DNA of 64,000 nt from Eledone cirrhosa (GCA_964016885.1 OZ024743.1:234360001-234424000); one strand, 5' to 3'. Shown: positions 1 to 11,804, counted from the first letter of the stretch. Notes: generated by a model from the letters alone, not told the origin. Numbers and translations are program-made.

Positions 1-61
1 AAGATATCTCCGTAAAATCAATAGTTGTGGCTGTGGAACCAAACCGTGTTAAACGTCAACA

Positions 62-128
62 AAGTCCGCCGGCGAATGGTGTGCTTCGAAGAAAACGAAT
101 CCAAAAATGACGATTTGCCGGCGGAGTT
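62..128. other. Inverted repeat (potential hairpin/cruciform) present in each monomer
   Basis: TCCGCCGGCGAAT (65-77) pairs with ATTTGCCGGCGGA (113-125): 12 Watson-Crick pairs plus one G:T. It extends to 62-80/110-128 with two G:G mismatches. Confidence 0.85.
84..100 (+). other. CENP-B-box-like 17-mer (degenerate), once per monomer
   Basis: CTTCGAAGAAAACGAAT vs the human box CTTCGTTGGAAACGGGA: 11/17 identical, and 7 of the 9 core bases of NTTCGNNNNANNCGGGN. Function is not shown. Confidence 0.3.
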
Positions 129-137
129 ACCTTTTCA

Positions 138-160
138 ATCGCGGGCCGGCCGCCCGTGGT
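138..160. other. Short GC-rich quasi-palindrome in GGG-type monomers
   Basis: ATCGCGGGC-CGGCC-GCCCGTGGT: a 9-bp stem with a perfect CGGGC/GCCCG core, two G:T pairs and a 5-nt loop. Confidence 0.75.
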
Positions 161-1362
161 CGGATCGATCTGTAATTACTGGTACATGTGCAGACACTCA
201 TTGGCTATGTGTGGCGTGAATTTCAGCAAGATATCTCCGTAAAATCAATAGTTGTGGCTGTGGAACCAAACCGTGTTAAACGTCAACAAAGTCCGCCGGC
301 GAATGGTGTGCTTCGAAGAAAACGAATCCAAAAATGACGATTTGCCGGCGGAGTTACCTTTTCAATCGCAAACCGGCCGCCCGTGGTCGGATCGATCTGT
401 AATTACTGGTACATGTGCAGACACTCATTGGCTATGTGTGGCGTGAATTTCAGCAAGATATCTCCGTAAAATCAATAGTTGTGGCTGTGGAACCAAACCG
501 TGTTAAACGTCAACAAAGTCCGCCGGCGAATGGTGTGCTTCGAAGAAAACGAATCCAAAAATGACGATTTGCCGGCGGAGTTATCTTTTCAATCGCAAAC
601 CGGCCGCCCGTGGTCGGATCGATCTGTAATTACTGGTACCTGTGCAGACACTCATTGGCTATGTGTGGCGTGAATTTCAGCAAGATATCTCCGTAAAATC
701 AATAGTTGTGGCTGTGGAACCAAACCGTGTTAAACGTCAACAAAGTCAGCCGGCGAATGGTGTGCTTCGAAGAAAACGAATCCAAAAATGACGATTTGCC
801 GGCGGAGCTACCTTTTCAATCGCAAACCGACCGCCCGTGGTCGGATCGATCTGTAATTACTGGTACATGTGCAGAGACTCATTGGCTATGTGTGGCGTGA
901 ATTTCAGCAAGATATCTCCGTGAAATCAATAGTTGTGGCTGTGGAACCAAACCGGGTTAAACGTCAACAAAGTCCGCCGGCGAATGGTGTGCTTCGAAGA
1001 AAACGAATCCAAAAATGACGATTTGCCGGCGGAGTTACCTTTTCAATCGCGGGCCGGCCGCCCGTGGTCGGATCGATCTGTAATTACTGGTACATGTGCA
1101 GACACTCATTGGCTATGTGTGGCGTGAATTTCAGCAAGATATCTCCGTAAAATCAATAGTTGTGGCTGTGGAACCAAACCGTGTTAAACGTCAACAAAGT
1201 CCGCCGGCGAATGGTGTGCTTCGAAGAAAACGAATCCAAAAATGACGATTTGCCGGCGGAGTTACCTTTTCAATCGCGGGCCGGCCGCCCGTGGTCGGAT
1301 CGATCTGTAATTACTGGTACATGTGCAGACACTCATTGGCTATGTGTGGCGTGAATTTCAGC

Positions 1363-4300
1363 AAGATATCTCCGTAAAATCAATAGTTGTGGCTGTGGAA
1401 CCAAACCGTGTTAAACGTCAACAAAGTCCGCCGGCGAATGGTGTGCTTCGAAGAAAACGAATCCAAAAATGACGATTTGCCGGCGGAGTTACCTTTTCAA
1501 TCGCGGGCCGGCCGCCCGTGGTCGGATCGATCTGTAATTACTGGTACATGTGCAGACACTCATTGGCTATGGGTGGCGTGAATTTCAGCAAGATATCTCC
1601 GTAAAATCAATAGTTGTGGCTGTGGAACCAAACCGTGTTAAACGTCAACAAAGTCCGCCGGCGAATGGTGTGCTTCGAAGAAAACGAATCCAAAAATGAC
1701 GATTTGCCGGCGGAGTTACCTTTTCAATCGCGGGCCGGCCGCCCGTGGTCGGATCGATCTGTAATTACTGGTACATGTGCAGACACTCATTGGCTATGTG
1801 TGGCGTGAATTTCAGCAAGATATCTCCGTAAAATCAATAGTTGTGGCTGTGGAACCAAACCGTGTTAAACGTCAACAAAGTCCGCCGGCGAATGGTGTGC
1901 TTCGAAGAAAACGAATCCAAAAATGACGATTTGCCGGCGGAGTTACCTTTTCAATCGCGGGCCGGCCGCCCGTGGTCGGATCGATCTGTAATTACTGGTA
2001 CCTGTGCAGACACTCATTGGCTATGGGTGGCGTGAATTTCAGCAAGATATCTCCGTAAAATCAATAGTTGTGGCTGTGGAACCAAACCGTGTTAAACGTC
2101 AGCAAAGTCCGCCGGCGAATGGTGTGCTTCGAAGAAAACGAATCCAAAAATGACGATTTGCCGGCGGAGTTACCTTTTCAATCGCGGGCCGGCCGCCCGT
2201 GGTCGGATCGATCTGTAATTACTGGTACATGTGCAGACACTCATTGGCTATGTGTGGCGTGAATTTCAGCAAGATATCTCCGTAAAATCAATAGTTGTGG
2301 CTGTGGAACCAAACCGTGTTAAACGTCAGCAAAGTCCGCCGGCGAATGGTGTGCTTCGAAGAAAACGAATCCAAAAATGACGATTTGCCGGCGGAGTTAC
2401 CTTTTCAATCGCGGGCCGGCCGCCCGTGGTCGGATCGATCTGTAATTACTGGTAGATGTGCAGACACTCATTGGCTATGGGTGGCGTGAATTTCAGCAAG
2501 ATATCTCCGTAAAATCAATAGTTGTGGCTGTGGAACCAAACCGTGTTAAACGTCAGCAAAGTCCGCCGGCGAATGGTGTGCTTCGAAGAAAACGAATCCA
2601 AAAATGACGATTTGCCGGCGGAGTTACCTTTTCAATCGCGGGCCGGCCGCCCGTGGTCGGATCGATCTGTAATTACTGGTACCTGTGCAGACACTCATTG
2701 GCTATGGGTGGCGTGAATTTCAGCAAGATATCTCCGTAAAATCAATAGTTGTGGCTGTGGAACCAAACCGTGTTAAACGTCAACAAAGTCCGCCGGCGAA
2801 TGGTGTGCTTCGAAGAAAACGAATCCAAAAATGACGATTTGCCGGCGGAGTTACCTTTTCAATCGCGGGCCGGCCGCCCGTGGTCGGATCGATCTGTAAT
2901 TACTGGTACATGTGCAGACACTCATTGGCTATGTGTGGCGTGAATTTCAGCAAGATATCTCCGTAAAATCAATAGTTGTGGCTGTGGAACCAAACCGTGT
3001 TAAACGTCAGCAAAGTCCGCCGGCAAATGGTGTGCTTCGAAGAAAACGAATCCAAAAATGACGATTTGCCGGCGGAGTTACCTTTTCAATCGCGGGCCGG
3101 CCGCCCGTGGTCGGATCGATCTGTAATTACTGGTACATGTGCAGACACTCATTGGCTATGTGTGGCGTGAATTTCAGCAAGATATCTCCGTAAAATCAAT
3201 AGTTGTGGCTGTGGAACCAAACCGTGTTAAACGTCAGCAAAGTCCGCCGGCGAATGGTGTGCTTCGAAGAAAACGAATCCAAAAATGACGATTTGCCGGC
3301 GGAGTTACCTTTTCAATCGCGGGCCGGCCGCCCGTGGTCGGATCGATCTGTAATTACTGGTACATGTGCAGACACTCATTGGCTATGGGTGGCGTGAATT
3401 TCAGCAAGATATCTCCGTAAAATCAATAGTTGTGGCTGTGGAACCAAACCGTGTTAAACGTCAACAAAGTCCGCCGGCGAATGGTGTGCTTCGAAGAAAA
3501 CGAATCCAAAAATGACGATTTGCCTGCGGAGTTACCTTTTCAATCGCGGGCCGGCCGCCCGTGGTCGGATCGATCTGTAATTACTGGTACATGTGCAGAC
3601 ACTCATTGGCTATGGGTGGCGTGAATTTCAGCAAGATATCTCCGTAAAATCAATAGTTGTGGCTGTGGAACCAAACCGTGTTAAACGTCAACAAAGTCCG
3701 CCGGCGAATGGTGTGCTTCGAAGAAAACGAATCCAAAAATGACGATTTGCCGGCGGAGTTACCTTTTCAATCGCGGGCCGGCCGCCCGTGGTCGGATCGA
3801 TCTGTAATTACTGGTACATGTGCAGACACTCATTGGCTATGTGTGGCGTGAATTTCAGCAAGATATCTCCGTAAAATCAATAGTTGTGGCTGTGGAACCA
3901 AACCGTGTTAAACGTCAACAAAGTCCGCCGGCGAATGGTGTGCTTCGAAGAAAACGAATCCAAAAATGACGATTTGCCGGCGGAGTTACCTTTTCAATCG
4001 CGGGCCGGCCGCCCGTGGTCGGATCGATCTGTAATTACTGGTACATGTGCAGACACTCATTGGCTATGTGTGGCGTGAATTTCAGCAAGATATCTCCGTA
4101 AAATCAATAGTTGTGGCTGTGGAACCAAACCGTGTTAAACGTCAGCAAAGTCCGCCGGCAAATGGTGTGCTTCGAAGAAAACGAATCCAAAAATGACGAT
4201 TTGCCGGCGGAGTTACCTTTTCAATCGCGGGCCGGCCGCCCGTGGTCGGATCGATCTGTAATTACTGGTACATGTGCAGACACTCATTGGCTATGTGTGG

Positions 4301-7300
4301 CGTGAATTTCAGCAAGATATCTCCGTAAAATCAATAGTTGTGGCTGTGGAACCAAACCGTGTTAAACGTCAGCAAAGTCCGCCGGCGAATGGTGTGCTTC
4401 GAAGAAAACGAATCCAAAAATGACGATTTGCCGGCGGAGTTACCTTTTCAATCGCGGGCCGGCCGCCCGTGGTCGGATCGATCTGTAATTACTGGTACAT
4501 GTGCAGACACTCATTGGCTATGGGTGGCGTGAATTTCAGCAAGATATCTCCGTAAAATCAATTGTTGTGGCTGTGGAACCAAACCGTGTTAAACGTCAAC
4601 AAAGTCCGCCGGCGAATGGTGTGCTTCGAAGAAAACGAATCCAAAAATGACGATTTGCCGGCGGAGTTACCTTTTCAATCGCGGGCCGGCCGCCCGTGGT
4701 CGGATCGATCTGTAATTACTGGTACATGTGCAGACACTCATTGGCTATGTGTGGCGTGAATTTCAGCAAGATATCTCCGTAAAATCAATAGTTGTGGCTG
4801 TGGAACCAAACCGTGTTAAACGTCAGCAAAGTCCGCCGGCGAATGGTGTGCTTCGAAGAAAACGAATCCAAAAATGACGATTTGCCGGCGGAGTTACCTT
4901 TTCAATCGCGGCCCGGCCGCCCGTGGTCGGATCGATCTGTAATTACTGGTACATGTGCAGACACTCATTGGCTATGTGTGGCGTGAATTTCAGCAAGATA
5001 TCTCCGTAAAATCAATAGTTGTGGCTGTGGAACCAAACCGTGTTAAACGTCAACAAAGTCCGCCGGCGAATGGTGTGCTTCGAAGAAAACGAATCCAAAA
5101 ATGACGATTTGCCGGCGGAGTTACCTTTTCAATCGCGGGCCGGCCGCCCGTGGTCGGATCGATCTGTAATTACTGGTACATGTGCAGACACTCATTGGCT
5201 ATGTGTGGCGTGAATTTCAGCAAGATATCTCCGTAAAATCAATAGTTGTGGCTGTGGAACCAAACCGTGTTAAACGTCAACAAAGTCCGCCGGCGAATGG
5301 TGTGCTTCGAAGAAAACGAATCCAAAAATGACGATTTGCCGGCGGAGTTACCTTTTCAATCGCGGGCCGGCCGCCCGTGGTCGGATCGATCTGTAATTAC
5401 TGGTACCTGTGCAGACACTCATTGGCTATGGGTGGCGTGAATTTCAGCAAGATATCTCCGTAAAATCAATAGTTGTGGCTGTGGAACCAAACCGTGTTAA
5501 ACGTCAGCAAAGTCCGCCGGCGAATGGTGTGCTTCGAAGAAAACGAATCCAAAAATGACGATTTGCCGGCGGAGTTACCTTTTCAATCGCGGGCCGGCCG
5601 CCCGTGGTCGGATCGATCTGTAATTACTGGTAGATGTGCAGACACTCATTGGCTATGGGTGGCGTGAATTTCAGCAAGATATCTCCGTAAAATCAATAGT
5701 TGTGGCTGTGGAACCAAACCGTGTTAAACGTCAGCAAAGTCCGCCGGCGAATGGTGTGCTTCGAAGAAAACGAATCCAAAAATGACGATTTGCCGGCGGA
5801 GTTACCTTTTCAATCGCGGGCCGGCCGCCCATGGTCGGATCGATCTGTAATTACTGGTACCTGTGCAGACACTCATTGGCTATGGGTGGCGTGAATTTCA
5901 GCAAGATATCTCCGTAAAATCAATAGTTGTGGCTGTGGAACCAAACCGTGTTAAACGTCAACAAAGTCCGCCGGCGAATGGTGTGCTTCGAAGAAAACGA
6001 ATCCAAAAATGACGATTTGCCGGCGGAGTTACCTTTTCAATCGCGGGCCGGCCGCCCGTGGTCGGATCGATCTGTAATTACTGGTACATGTGCAGACACT
6101 CATTGGCTATGTGTGGCTTGAATTTCAGCAAGATATCTCCGTAAAATCAATAGTTGTGGCTGTGGAACCAAACCGTGTTAAACGTCAGCAAAGTCCGCCG
6201 GCGAATGGTGTGCTTCGAAGAAAACGAATCCAAAAATGACGATTTGCCGGCGGAGTTACCTTTTCAATCGCGGCCCGGCCGCCCGTGGTCGGATCGATCT
6301 GTAATTACTGGTACATGTGCAGACACTCATTGGCTATGTGTGGCGTGAATTTCAGCAAGATATCTCCGTAAAATCAATAGTTGTGGCTGTGGAACCAAAC
6401 CGTGTTAAACGTCAACAAAGTCCGCCGGCGAATGGTGTGCTTCGAAGAAAACGAATCCAAAAATGACGATTTGCCGGCGGAGTTACCTTTTCAATCGCGG
6501 GCCGGCCGCCCGTGGTCGGATCGATCTGTAATTACTGGTACATGTGCAGACACTCATTGGCTATGGGTGGCGTGAATTTTAGCAAGATATCTCCGTAAAA
6601 TCAATAGTTGTGGCTGTGGAACCAAACCGTGTTAAACGTCAACAAAGTCCGCCGGCGAATGGTGTGCTTCGAAGAAAACGAATCCAAAAATGACGATTTG
6701 CCGGCGGAGTTACCTTTTCAATCGCGGGCCGGCCGCCCGTGGTCGGATCGATCTGTAATTACTGGTACATGTGCAGACACTCATTGGCTATGTGTGGCGT
6801 GAATTTCAGCAAGATATCTCCGTAAAATCAATAGTTGTGGCTGTGGAACCAAACCGTGTTAAACGTCAACAAAGTCCGCCGGCGAATGGTGTGCTTCGAA
6901 GAAAACGAATCCAAAAATGACGATTTGCCGGCGGAGTTACCTTTTCAATCGCGGGCCGGCCGCCCGTGGTCGGATCGATCTGTAATTACTGGTACCTGTG
7001 CAGACACTCATTGGCTATGGGTGGCGTGAATTTCAGCAAGATATCTCCGTAAAATCAATAGTTGTGGCTGTGGAACCAAACCGTGTTAAACGTCAGCAAA
7101 GTCCGCCGGCGAATGGTGTGCTTCGAAGAAAACGAATCCAAAAATGACGATTTGCCGGCGGAGTTACCTTTTCAATCGCGGGCCGGCCGCCCGTGGTCGG
7201 ATCGATCTGTAATTACTGGTACATGTGCAGACACTCATTGGCTATGTGTGGCGTGAATTTCAGCAAGATATCTCCGTAAAATCAATAGTTGTGGCTGTGG

Positions 7301-7491
7301 AACCAAACCGTGTTAAACGTCAGCAAAGTCCGCCGGCGAATGGTGTGCTTCGAAGAAAACGAATCCAAAAATGACGATTTGCCGGCGGAGTTACCTTTTC
7401 AATCGCGGGCCGGCCGCCCGTGGTCGGATCGATCTGTAATTACTGGTAGATGTGCAGACACTCATTGGCTATGGGTGGCGTGAATTTCAGC
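1363..7491. repeat. Array domain 1: 27 monomers (copies 7-33) with their own variant set
   Basis: Marked by A59G, T210G, C185G, G74A and G145C. No copy here carries the AAA allele at 143-145. Confidence 0.9.
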
Positions 7492-10400
7492 AAGATATCT
7501 CCGTAAAATCAATAGTTGTGGCTGTGGAACCAAACCGTGTTAAACGTCAACAAAGTCCGCCGGCGAATGGTGTGCTTCGAAGAAAACGAATCCAAAAATG
7601 ACGATTTGCCGGCGGAGTTACCTTTTCAATCGCAAACCGGCCGCCCGTGGTCGGATCGATCTGTAATTACTGGTACATGTGCAGACACTCATTGGCTATG
7701 TGTGGCGTGAATTTCAGCAAGATATCTCCGTAAAATCAATAGTTGTGGCTGTGGAACCAAACCGTGTTAAACGTCAACAAAGTCCGCCGGCGAATGGTGT
7801 GCTTCGAAGAAAACGAATCCAAAAATGACGATTTGCCGGCGGAGTTATCTTTTCAATCGCAAACCGGCCGCCCGTGGTCGGATCGATCTGTAATTACTGG
7901 TACCTGTGCAGACACTCATTGGCTATGTGTGGCGTGAATTTCAGCAAGATATCTCCGTAAAATCAATAGTTGTGGCTGTGGAACCAAACCGTGTTAAACG
8001 TCAACAAAGTCAGCCGGCGAATGGTGTGCTTCGAAGAAAACGAATCCAAAAATGACGATTTGCCGGCGGAGTTACCTTTTCAATCGCAAACCGACCGCCC
8101 GTGGTCGGATCGATCTGTAATTACTGGTACATGTGCAGAGACTCATTGGCTATGTGTGGCGTGAATTTCAGCAAGATATCTCCGTGAAATCAATAGTTGT
8201 GGCTGTGGAACCAAACCGGGTTAAACGTCAACAAAGTCCGCCGGCGAATGGTGTGCTTCGAAGAAAACGAATCCAAAAATGACGATTTGCCGGCGGAGTT
8301 ACCTTTTCAATCGCGGGCCGGCCGCCCGTGGTCGGATCGATCTGTAATTACTGGTACATGTGCAGACACTCATTGGCTATGTGTGGCGTGAATTTCAGCA
8401 AGATATCTCCGTAAAATCAATAGTTGTGGCTGTGGAACCAAACCGTGTTAAACGTCAACAAAGTCCGCCGGCGAATGGTGTGCTTCGAAGAAAACGAATC
8501 CAAAAATGACGATTTGCCGGCGGAGTTACCTTTTCAATCGCGGGCCGGCCGCCCGTGGTCGGATCGATCTGTAATTACTGGTACATGTGCAGACACTCAT
8601 TGGCTATGTGTGGCGTGAATTTCAGCAAGATATCTCCGTAAAATCAATAGTTGTGGCTGTGGAACCAAACCGTGTTAAACGTCAACAAAGTCCGCCGGCG
8701 AATGGTGTGCTTCGAAGAAAACGAATCCAAAAATGACGATTTGCCGGCGGAGTTACCTTTTCAATCGCGGGCCGGCCGCCCGTGGTCGGATCGATCTGTA
8801 ATTACTGGTACATGTGCAGACACTCATTGGCTATGTGTGGCGTGAATTTCAGCAAGATATCTCCGTAAAATCAATAGTTGTGGCTGTGGAACCAAACCGT
8901 GTTAAACGTCAACAAAGTCCGCCGGCGAATGGTGTGCTTCGAAGAAAACGAATCCAAAAATGACGATTTGCCGGCGGAGTTACCTTTTCAATCGCGGGCC
9001 GGCCGCCCGTGGTCGGATCGATCTGTAATTACTGGTACATGTGCAAACACTCATTGGCTATGTGTGGCGTGAATTTCAGCAAGATATCTCCGTAAAATCA
9101 ATAGTTGTGGCTGTGGAACCAAACCGTGTTAAACGTCAACAAAGTCCGCCGGCGAATGGTGTGCTTCGAAGAAAACGAATCCAAAAATGACGATTTGCCG
9201 GCGGAGTTACCTTTTCAATCGCAAACCGGCCGCCCGTGGTCGGATCGATCTGTAATTACTGGTACATGTGTAGACACTCATTGGCTATGTGTGGCGTGAA
9301 TTTCAGCAAGATATCTCCGTAAAATCAATAGTTGTGGCTGTGGAACCAAACCGTGTTAAACGTCAACAAAGTCCGCCGGCGAATGGTGTGCTTCGAAGAA
9401 AACGAATCCAAAAATGACGATTTGCCGGCGGAGTTATCTTTTCAATCGCAAACCGGCCGCCCGTGGTCGGATCGATCTGTAATTACTGGTACCTGTGCAG
9501 ACACTCATTGGCTATGTGTGGCGTGAATTTCAGCAAGATATCTCCGTAAAATCAATAGTTGTGGCTGTGGAACCAAACCGTGTTAAACGTCAACAAAGTC
9601 AGCCGGCGAATGGTGTGCTTCGAAGAAAACGAATCCAAAAATGACGATTTGCCGGCGGAGTTACCTTTTCAATCGCAAACCGACCGCCCGTGGTCGGATC
9701 GATCTGTAATTACTGGTACATGTGCAGAGACTCATTGGCTATGTGTGGCGTGAATTTCAGCAAGATATCTCCGTGAAATCAATAGTTGTGGCTGTGGAAC
9801 CAAACCGGGTTAAACGTCAACAAAGTCCGCCGGCGAATGGTGTGCTTCGAAGAAAACGAATCCAAAAATGACGATTTGCCGGCGGAGTTACCTTTTCAAT
9901 CGCGGGCCGGCCGCCCGTGGTCGGATCGATCTGTAATTACTGGTACATGTGCAGACACTCATTGGCTATGTGTGGCGTGAATTTCAGCAAGATATCTCCG
10001 TAAAATCAATAGTTGTGGCTGTGGAACCAAACCGTGTTAAACGTCAACAAAGTCCGCCGGCGAATGGTGTGCTTCGAAGAAAACGAATCCAAAAATGACG
10101 ATTTGCCGGCGGAGTTACCTTTTCAATCGCGGGCCGGCCACCCGTGGTCGGATCGATCTGTAATTACTGGTACATGTGCAGACACTCATTGGCTATGTGT
10201 GGCGTGAATTTCAGCAAGATATCTCCGTAAAATCAATAGTTGTGGCTGTGGAACCAAACCGTGTTAAACGTCAACAAAGTCCGCCGGCGAATGGTGTGCT
10301 TCGAAGAAAACGAATCCAAAAATGACGATTTGCCGGCGGAGTTACCTTTTCAATCGCAAACCGGCCGCCCGTGGTCGGATCGATCTGTAATTACTGGTAC

Positions 10401-11804
10401 ATGTGCAGACACTCATTGGCTATGTGTGGCGTGAATTTCAGCAAGATATCTCCGTAAAATCAATAGTTGTGGCTGTGGAACCAAACCGTGTTAAACGTCA
10501 ACAAAGTCCGCCGGCGAATGGTGTGCTTCGAAGAAAACGAATCCAAAAATGACGATTTGCCGGCGGAGTTACCTTTTCAATCGCGGGCCGGCCGCCCGTG
10601 GTCGGATCGATCTGTAATTACTGGTACATGTGCAGACACTCATTGGCTATGTGTGGCTTGAATTTCAGCAAGATATCTCCGTAAAATCAATAGTTGTGGC
10701 TGTGGAACCAAACCGTGTTAAACGTCAACAAAGTCCGCCGGCGAATGGTGTGCTTCGAAGAAAACGAATCCAAAAATGACGATTTGCCGGCGGAGTTACC
10801 TTTTCAATCGCGGGCCGGCCGCCCGTGGTCGGATCGATCTGTAATTACTGGTACATGTGCAGACACTCATTGGCTATGTGTGGCGTGAATTTCAGCAAGA
10901 TATCTCCGTAAAATCAATAGTTGTGGCTGTGGAACCAAACCGTGTTAAACGTCAACAAAGTCCGCCGGCGAATGGTGTGCTTCGAAGAAAACGAATCCAA
11001 AAATGACGATTTGCCGGCGGAGTTACCTTTTCAATCGCGGGCCGGCCACCCGTGGTCGGATCGATCTGTAATTACTGGTACATGTGCAGACACTCATTGG
11101 CTATGTGTGGCGTGAATTTCAGCAAGATATCTCCGTAAAATCAATAGTTGTGGCTGTGGAACCAAACCGTGTTAAACGTCAACAAAGTCCGCCGGCGAAT
11201 GGTGTGCTTCGAAGAAAACGAATCCAAAAATGACGATTTGCCGGCGGAGTTACCTTTTCAATCGCAAACCGGCCGCCCGTGGTCGGATCGATCTGTAATT
11301 ACTGGTACATGTGCAGACACTCATTGGCTATGTGTGGCGTGAATTTCAGCAAGATATCTCCGTAAAATCAATAGTTGTGGCTGTGGAACCAAACCGTGTT
11401 AAACGTCAACAAAGTCCGCCGGCGAATGGTGTGCTTCGAAGAAAACGAATCCAAAAATGACGATTTGCCGGCGGAGTTACCTTTTCAATCGCGGGCCGGC
11501 CGCCCGTGGTCGGATCGATCTGTAATTACTGGTACATGTGCAGACACTCATTGGCTATGTGTGGCTTGAATTTCAGCAAGATATCTCCGTAAAATCAATA
11601 GTTGTGGCTGTGGAACCAAACCGTGTTAAACGTCAACAAAGTCCGCCGGCGAATGGTGTGCTTCGAAGAAAACGAATCCAAAAATGACGATTTGCCGGCG
11701 GAGTTACCTTTTCAATCGCGGGCCGGCCGCCCGTGGTCGGATCGATCTGTAATTACTGGTACATGTGCAGACACTCATTGGCTATGTGTGGCGTGAATTT
11801 CAGC
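7492..11804. repeat. 19-monomer higher-order repeat (4313 bp), copy 1
   Basis: Monomer order Q S D G A A N V S D G H Q T A H Q T A (types defined in the HOR finding), repeated in the same order at 11805-16117. Confidence 0.92.

Larger units (their letters stand above)
1..227 (+). repeat. Consensus-type monomer (type A), representative copy; phase is arbitrary
   Basis: Most frequent monomer sequence in the window. Hand count gives 111/227 G+C and 19 CpG. Single EcoRV (GATATC, 3-8), BstBI (TTCGAA, 85-90), FseI (GGCCGGCC, 144-151) and ClaI (ATCGAT, 164-169) sites. Confidence 0.95.

Noticed and set aside
84-100. Canonical functional CENP-B box
   Set aside because: CGAA replaces the required CGGG; retained only as a box-like motif.
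1-227. 5S rRNA, tRNA, snRNA or spliced-leader tandem gene unit
   Set aside because: I could not recognise 5S conserved motifs, a cloverleaf, or convincing Pol III A/B boxes. An Rfam/Infernal search would be the decisive test.
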